Source: a virus
Lineage: Duplodnaviria > Caudoviricetes
DNA length: 64,000 nucleotides
Strand: one strand, 5' to 3'
Virus record (IMG/VR): IMGVR_UViG_3300011226_000001
Span: 1 to 64,000 of that record
Each line of letters starts with the position of its first letter. The stretch's first letter is position 1. Under the pieces are notes generated by a model. The model had not been told where the DNA came from. It did not search any database and saw nothing but the letters and a program-made list of their open reading frames with translations. Position numbers and translations under genes: made by a program. Below are positions 58,678 through 64,000 of this stretch, one piece after another.

Positions 58678-60391
58678 GCTGATCACCTGGCTGTAGGTCG
58701 GCGGCTGCAACATAGCGGCTGCCGTCTACTAACCACGGATGGTCTAACGTACATACATAAACAGTACCGTCAGACATTTCAACTTCCACCAGCTCGTCAA
58801 CATATTTGGTCAGACGCGGCTCGTCAAACACATGACGCTCGAACGACTGCTTTTCAATGTTGAAACTAATCCCTTCAAATACTTCACCCTGCTTTGTGCG
58901 CTCGGCAAGTTCTTCGAATGAGAAGACGCTACCATCTGCCAATCGAACAGGCGTGGTACCAATGAAACAACCACCAGCAGAGTCGCCTTCTACAACGATA
59001 AGCTCACGCTCATGAGGCTTACACTTGAGCGCAGAGATCAGGTCAGCAGGGAGTGAGTTGCCTTTCAGCTTCTTCTTCGTGTCTGCCATTGACTTAACAA
59101 CAGCGGACAGTTCTTCACGCCCCTTGTTCATCGCTTCGGCGCGTTTGATGATCGTCGTTGCGACTTTCTTATTGTCCTTGAAGTATTTCACGAATGCTTC
59201 TTTCAGCATCTCGTATACTTCTTTCTCAACACGACTCGCCAGCTTGTCTTTAACCTGTGAGGTGTATTGAGCGCCGTGCATACGCCAGTCGAACATACCT
59301 GTCAGGCCGATAAGCAAATCTTCTTGTTTGAAGTTCTGCTTCTTCTTGCCTTTGCCTTTCGATTCTTTCATGAAAGGTTTGATTGCTTCGAACAGCGCGT
59401 CACGGAAACCTACAACGTGCCACCCGCCGTCAATTGTCGGGCTGGTGTTAACGAAACTGAGGAAGTTGTCAGTGTCAGGATGATCTGTCCACGTCAGCGC
59501 AGCGGTGATGTTGTCGTTCTTGAAGATGAACGGTTTGCCAACTGAACCGAGTTCGCGTTCTTCAACCATCGTCTTAACAACGTGCGCGAGATCTTTCTTG
59601 TTATGGAAAGTGAACTCTTTGCGCTTGCCTTTCTTGATCAACGTCAGGCGAACTTCGAGGCCCGGGTTGAGCATAGACATGTTACGCAGCCAGCGGCCTA
59701 AATGATCAGGAAGCGGAGCGGCGTGACGATAGTTCTTCGGCAGCTTCTTACCACGCATAACGTCAGCAGACACAACAGTCTGGTCGAGCGTCCACGCAAC
59801 AATCGTACCATACTTGGTGTGCTTCTTATCTTTTAAGAGAGCCATAACATCTTTATCGACGCCTTTGACTTTCTTAGGGTCTTTACCAGATTGGGCTTCA
59901 CCTTTCTGCCACATCTGATACGCACAACCGCCTTTATACATTGACCAGACACGAAGTTGGTCAGACACTGCGTTCAATGCTGCAACGCCTACACCGTGAG
60001 TACCAGCAGAGGTCTTATATGCTTTATCATCGAACTTACCGCCGGCGTGTGTGCGACTGAACGCTGCGGTCATGATCGTTTCTTTGGTGCCGTTCTTCAA
60101 TTTCTTGAAGTCTGTCGGGATACCACCAGCATGGTCAGCTACAACGTTCAGGTCGTTGTCGTAGTCGATGACAACTTCGATGACTTTGTTCCTGTTGGCG
60201 ATGTACTCGTCATAGGCGTTATCCACCGCCTCTTTGACTGTACGGTATGCCATATCAGTACCGCGTTCACCTAAGTACATCCCTGGGTTGGCACGAAGTC
60301 CCGATAGGCCTTCATGAATGACGAAGCCTTCCTGCTCACCGCCGTCACCCGTTTTCTTTTTAACTTTTGCAGCTTTTGGCGTCTTAGCCAT
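58652..60391 (-). CDS. gyrB: GyrB N-terminal part (GHKL ATPase) fused to the split-intein N fragment (105 aa, 58652-58969)
   Basis: PGMYLG, EAVDNAYDE, HAGGKF, GTHGVG, VEGDSAGG|CFIGTTPV...CTLDHPW. Confidence 0.92.
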   Translation of the reverse strand: MAKTPKAAKVKKKTGDGGEQEGFVIHEGLSGLRANPGMYLGERGTDMAYRTVKEAVDNAYDEYIANRNKVIEVVIDYDNDLNVVADHAGGIPTDFKKLKNGTKETIMTAAFSRTHAGGKFDDKAYKTSAGTHGVGVAALNAVSDQLRVWSMYKGGCAYQMWQKGEAQSGKDPKKVKGVDKDVMALLKDKKHTKYGTIVAWTLDQTVVSADVMRGKKLPKNYRHAAPLPDHLGRWLRNMSMLNPGLEVRLTLIKKGKRKEFTFHNKKDLAHVVKTMVEERELGSVGKPFIFKNDNITAALTWTDHPDTDNFLSFVNTSPTIDGGWHVVGFRDALFEAIKPFMKESKGKGKKKQNFKQEDLLIGLTGMFDWRMHGAQYTSQVKDKLASRVEKEVYEMLKEAFVKYFKDNKKVATTIIKRAEAMNKGREELSAVVKSMADTKKKLKGNSLPADLISALKCKPHERELIVVEGDSAGGCFIGTTPVRLADGSVFSFEELAERTKQGEVFEGISFNIEKQSFERHVFDEPRLTKYVDELVEVEMSDGTVYVCTLDHPWLVDGSRYVAAADLQPGDQLTKFDGHY

Positions 60392-60421
60392 TGTAAGTTT
60401 CTCCGAATGAAAACACGATTG

Positions 60422-61420
60422 TTATTTACACTTACGTTTGTCGTAGGCGTCAACAATCTGTTCAACCGTATACTTGCCGTAATAGTCGTCAAATATATCG
60501 CCATGCTTTTTCTCAAACGCTGCAATGCGCTTGAGCAAGTCGTCCAACTCAATATGATTCATACTGTGCTTAATCATATTAGTTCTTGCAGCCATCAATT
60601 TCAAATTGCACGGATGACAAATAACAGACAGAGCTACAGGCTGCTTGCGCGGCACATAGTCTTTTCCGTTGAACTCGTAATAACCGTTCGTCTTCGAGAA
60701 CTGATGATCAAGATGAATGTCTTTCGACTCACCAGACAACCATCTGTCTATACGATGCGTACCCTCAGGGAACAAGTGTGGGAAACGCGATACCACCATG
60801 TACGTGAAGCGGTGAACGATTCGTTTGTATTGAACGAACGTTATACCGCACAGGCTTCGGTCTAAGTTATTCTCCCATGCTTGAATCGCAGTCTTTGAGA
60901 AAAGGATTGTACCTTTCTTTATCTTGTGGCGTCTACCATGCTTCGTTGCTTCGGCTATCGCTTCTGCATGGGTCCGTCGTTCAATGCCGACTGACTCAAA
61001 GTAACGAGACAGCATACAGGTCTTAAACGGAAGCCCTGTCTTCTCACGTATGACCTCTGCTATTGAGCTTCTGGTCATTCCCTTATCCTGATACATGCTC
61101 ACCAGCAATGAGTGGTTCTTCGCACAAAACGCATTGGCGTCTTCGTCACTCATAGTCTTTTTCTTTCGTGTCAGAGAAAACGCGTTAAGAGCTTTCTGCA
61201 CCGACGAGTGAGGTATACCTGTCTTCTCGGTAATCCCTCTAAGAGTCAATTGCTGGTCAACATACAGTTCAGTGAGCAACTGGCGCAAGGCTTTATTCTG
61301 CACCAGTGCCCATCCACCGTTTGTCTGTTTCTTGTAGGTTAGACCTTTCTTTTTGAGAATGTCGCCCACATTACCTACAGACCTCGGAATTGCAACATAC
61401 ATAAAACACCCCGAATACAT
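60422..61420 (-). CDS. putative HNH-type homing endonuclease with HTH domains
   Basis: HTH-like LY...LTLRGI repeats; HLDH...HPCNL...N..K. Confidence 0.55.
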   Translation of the reverse strand: MYSGCFMYVAIPRSVGNVGDILKKKGLTYKKQTNGGWALVQNKALRQLLTELYVDQQLTLRGITEKTGIPHSSVQKALNAFSLTRKKKTMSDEDANAFCAKNHSLLVSMYQDKGMTRSSIAEVIREKTGLPFKTCMLSRYFESVGIERRTHAEAIAEATKHGRRHKIKKGTILFSKTAIQAWENNLDRSLCGITFVQYKRIVHRFTYMVVSRFPHLFPEGTHRIDRWLSGESKDIHLDHQFSKTNGYYEFNGKDYVPRKQPVALSVICHPCNLKLMAARTNMIKHSMNHIELDDLLKRIAAFEKKHGDIFDDYYGKYTVEQIVDAYDKRKCK

Positions 61421-61564
61421 CGTCTGAAATACATACTATAAATTAGTGTATTTTGGCTTTTGTACACGGGTTTTCTCTACAGCTATTATATCACACTTTA
61501 GTATTAGACGCTACCCTCGTTCTGTCCAACAATATGCAGAGTTCGAGTTAAGTCAACTATAGGG

Positions 61565-61903
61565 CTATTCTTCGTTTCGTGTCAGACTGCGGTACTCTGC
61601 GTACACGTCAGCGTCTTGACGTAGTGGGTATTCAGCTTGCATACCACCAGCAACCCAGTCTTCAACTAGTTTGGTTATCGTGCCATAGCGAACCAGTTCA
61701 TCGCCTGTCAGGCCCTCTAACAGTTTGGTTGGCATCAGACTTTCTTTGTTGACGAGATCGCACATCATAGCCTGATGGCTTGTGCTGAAACTGACAATGC
61801 ACAGGTAGCGATCAGAGATCGGCAGAACGCGAAACAGTTGCTCACGGATTGTTTCCATGAGATTGAAGTAGCGGTGGATTTGTTCAGACAGTTTCTGAGC
61901 CAT
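61565..61903 (-). CDS. hypothetical protein
   Basis: GGAG RBS before MAQKL. Confidence 0.55.
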   Translation of the reverse strand: MAQKLSEQIHRYFNLMETIREQLFRVLPISDRYLCIVSFSTSHQAMMCDLVNKESLMPTKLLEGLTGDELVRYGTITKLVEDWVAGGMQAEYPLRQDADVYAEYRSLTRNEE

Positions 61904-62378
61904 GATCGCATTCTCCGTTACAGACGTGTTTGTTTTCGAGGTGCAGCACTTGAGGCTGAGTGAGAATCTTGAAGCCGTTACCGTCAGCAATCATGTTGCG
62001 ACACTCACGCTCAAGGGCTTCACGTTGAGCATGTTCCATAACAACAATACGAAACGCTTCGACACATGCAGGGAGATCTTCGCGCATTGTGATTGTAGAC
62101 ACGTCAGTACCGCTTCGGACTGGAACGATACCCATGCAGATATCAGCGAAGTAGCGTTCGGCGATTTCTAGTGCAGCAGCGAGAGAGGTTGGGTTAGAGC
62201 CAGATGCAGGGAGAACGTTAGCGTCGCGCAACGTTTTGAGAGAGCGAGCAAGACGTGCACCAGCTTCTAAGCGCATAGACATTAGCTCATAGTAGCTCGG
62301 CTTATCTTGTTTGGGGGATGTTTTGACAGGGAGAGTATCGTCGGGCAGGTCGTCATTAAGCAGATGTTCGGCGGACAT
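61884..62378 (-). CDS. hypothetical protein
   Basis: GAGG RBS before MSAEH. Confidence 0.55.
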   Translation of the reverse strand: MSAEHLLNDDLPDDTLPVKTSPKQDKPSYYELMSMRLEAGARLARSLKTLRDANVLPASGSNPTSLAAALEIAERYFADICMGIVPVRSGTDVSTITMREDLPACVEAFRIVVMEHAQREALERECRNMIADGNGFKILTQPQVLHLENKHVCNGECDHGSETV

Positions 62379-62411
62379 AAAGAATACCTCAAAAAATCGT
62401 ATAGATATGAC

Positions 62412-62443
62412 AAAAGGGCAAACGCTCGTCAGCGCTGCCCTTT
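62412..62443 (-). terminator. Rho-independent terminator
   Basis: AAAGGGCAGCGC...GCGTTTGCCCTTTT. Confidence 0.6.
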
Positions 62444-62476
62444 CGATCAAGTGACCGCTAGTGCGCGATTACTTGC

Positions 62477-63001
62477 TTATTCCATTTCGAAGTCGAAGTC
62501 TTCGGATTCTTTTTTCTGCTTACCAGCTTTCGCTTTTTTGTCGCCTTTCACTTTCTTGGCGGCTTTGTCTGCTTTAGCAGGCTTGGCAGCTTTTTCGCCT
62601 TTAGCTTTTTTATCAGCTTTGGCCGGCTTTTCAGCTTTTGCTTTTTTGTCTGCTTTAGCAGGCTTTTCAGCTTTTGCTTTCTTTTCGCCTTTCTCAGCTT
62701 TAGCAGGTTTTTCTGCTTTAGCTTTCTTGCCAGCTTTTTCAGCTTTGGCCGGCTTTTCAGCTTTTGCTTTTTTGTCTGCTTTAGCAGGCTTTTCAGCTTT
62801 TGCTTTAGCAGCTTTCGGCGCTTTAGCCGGAGCAGCAGTTTCGCCAGACAGCGCTTCAACCTGAGCGGTGATACCTTCGCGGCGTGCAGCCAGGTTAGCT
62901 TTCTCAGCAGTCAGAGATGCGATGGTTTTGTCCAGAGCGTTCTCAGATTTAGAGATGGCTTTAACTTCTTTGTTCAGGCCGCTAATGATTTTCTTAGTCA
63001 T
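62477..63001 (-). CDS. histone H1-like Lys/Ala-rich DNA-binding protein
   Basis: N-terminal coiled coil then KAKAEKPAKA(D/E)K repeats; acidic tip DFDFEME. Confidence 0.75.
   Translation of the reverse strand: MTKKIISGLNKEVKAISKSENALDKTIASLTAEKANLAARREGITAQVEALSGETAAPAKAPKAAKAKAEKPAKADKKAKAEKPAKAEKAGKKAKAEKPAKAEKGEKKAKAEKPAKADKKAKAEKPAKADKKAKGEKAAKPAKADKAAKKVKGDKKAKAGKQKKESEDFDFEME
62513..62830 (-). repeat. coding tandem repeat (~36-45 nt units, AKAEKPAKADKK)
   Basis: Repeated GGCTTTTCAGCTTTTGCTTT units visible in the DNA. Confidence 0.8.
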
Positions 63002-63217
63002 GGTAGATCCTTACTTTATATTTGATGCGGCGTTTTCACCGCTGGATGAAAAGATAAATTTGTTCAGGTTTGATTTCCTGTAGACGTACATTATTATAAT
63101 CAACATACGTCTGCAAGAAATTTTGAAACTTTTTACAAAAATATTCGAAAGTTTTTATCGAATATTTGCCCCTCGCTCATTCATCAGAACTAGAGGGGCG
63201 CGCCGGATCAGAAGCTA

Positions 63218-64000
63218 TTACTCGTCGTCTTCGTCTTCGTCTTCATCGTCGAAGTCTTCGTCGTCTTCATCTTCGTCTTCGTCGTCTTCGTCGTCTTCAC
63301 CGCCGAAGTGTTCTTCGCAGAGTTCGCGCAGTTCATCTTCGTCCATTTTCTTCGCCTTTTTAGCGGCGGCCAGCTTGTGTTCGATTACCAGGGCGCGAAG
63401 TTCGTCTTCGTCGAGGGCGTCGAGATCGAGGTCTTCATCATCCTCGTCTTCATCTTCGTCCTCGTCTTCATCTTCGTCTTCGTCGTCCTCTTCTTCATCG
63501 TCGCCGTCTTCGTCGTCTTCGTCGTCCTCTTCTTCATCATCAGAGTCTTCGTCGTCTTCGTCGTCGTCGCCGTCTTCATCTTCGTCGTCGGACTCTTCGT
63601 CCTCGTCTTCGTCCTCTTCTTCTTCGTCTTCGTCCTCTTCGGACTCGCCGCCCAGGTTGTCGTTCAGCAGTTCGCGCAGTTCGTCTTCATCCAGCGCTTT
63701 AGCTTTCTTAGCGGTAGACAGTTTGGCTTTGACAACCGCTTCGCGCAGGGTGTCTTCGTCAACGCCGGAAATGTCCAATTCTTCTTCGTCCTTCACAGCA
63801 GCGACGATTTCAGCGACGGTAGGTGCTTTGGCCTTTTTGCCTTTAGCAGCTTTACCGCCTTTGTCAGCTTTAACAACTTTACCACCAGACACGGTCAGAC
63901 CGGCAGATGCGAGCAGCGCAGCGATTTCTTTGTCGGTTGCGTTCTCTACTACGACACCCAGCATTTTAGCCAGAACCAGAGATGCGGTGTTAACGGTTGC
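63218..64000 (-). CDS. hyper-acidic protein with duplicated LDEDELR module (5' end outside the window)
   Basis: Frame is open to the window edge; long poly-D/E tracts; KL..AKKAK.(L/M)DEDELREL occurs twice. Confidence 0.75.
   Translation of the reverse strand, partial: ATVNTASLVLAKMLGVVVENATDKEIAALLASAGLTVSGGKVVKADKGGKAAKGKKAKAPTVAEIVAAVKDEEELDISGVDEDTLREAVVKAKLSTAKKAKALDEDELRELLNDNLGGESEEDEDEEEEDEDEDEESDDEDEDGDDDEDDEDSDDEEEDDEDDEDGDDEEEDDEDEDEDEDEDEDEDDEDLDLDALDEDELRALVIEHKLAAAKKAKKMDEDELRELCEEHFGGEDDEDDEDEDEDDEDFDDEDEDEDDE

Noticed and set aside
56481-60391. gyrB as a pseudogene disrupted by an insertion
   Set aside because: Both halves are intact, the intein termini are complementary, and the C-half has its own RBS.
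62513-63650. Tandem repeats that might suggest a CRISPR array or satellite
   Set aside because: They are in-frame coding low-complexity repeats (Lys/Ala and Asp/Glu) with no unique spacers.
1-64000. tRNA/rRNA genes, integrase, IS elements
   Set aside because: None recognised by eye. A tRNAscan-SE/Infernal run would be needed to exclude small RNAs.

Overview
This window is part of a large lytic (jumbo-type) myovirus genome. The gene content recalls the Erwinia Y3 / Dickeya JA11-AD1-like phages, but that cannot be confirmed without a search. Bases 1-2.75 kb (+ strand) end a late block with virion proteins and a holin/spanin cassette. Almost everything after that is on the - strand: small accessory genes, nucleotide metabolism (intron-split thymidylate synthase, dCMP deaminase, MazG-like and SpoT-HD-like hydrolases), two DNA methyltransferase-family genes, a 5'-3' exonuclease, portal, terminase, DnaB helicase, a sigma-like factor, type II topoisomerase A/B subunits, and a histone-like/hyper-acidic protein pair. 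The best candidate for a new system is a DNA hypermodification pathway. A C5-cytosine methyltransferase homologue has Arg in place of the motif-X Asn, which predicts carboxy-SAM use. About 15 kb away lies a tightly coupled six-gene operon: CmoA carboxy-SAM synthase, glycosyltransferase, DUF1611, alanine-racemase-like, glutaminase-less Asn-synthetase-like amide ligase, and a degenerate Glu-racemase-like gene. Together they suggest 5-carboxymethylcytosine further decorated with a D-amino acid and/or sugar. Other highlights are a naturally split intein fracturing gyrB around an opposite-strand endonuclease, a group I intron in thyA, two cis inteins, an unannotated 54-aa peptide ending in the NrdA redox tail (DGCESGACKI), an 8-codon minigene, an Acb2/Tad1-like fusion, and a recurrent AATCTGTAAATA promoter-like motif. 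All family assignments come from motif recognition by eye, not database searches.
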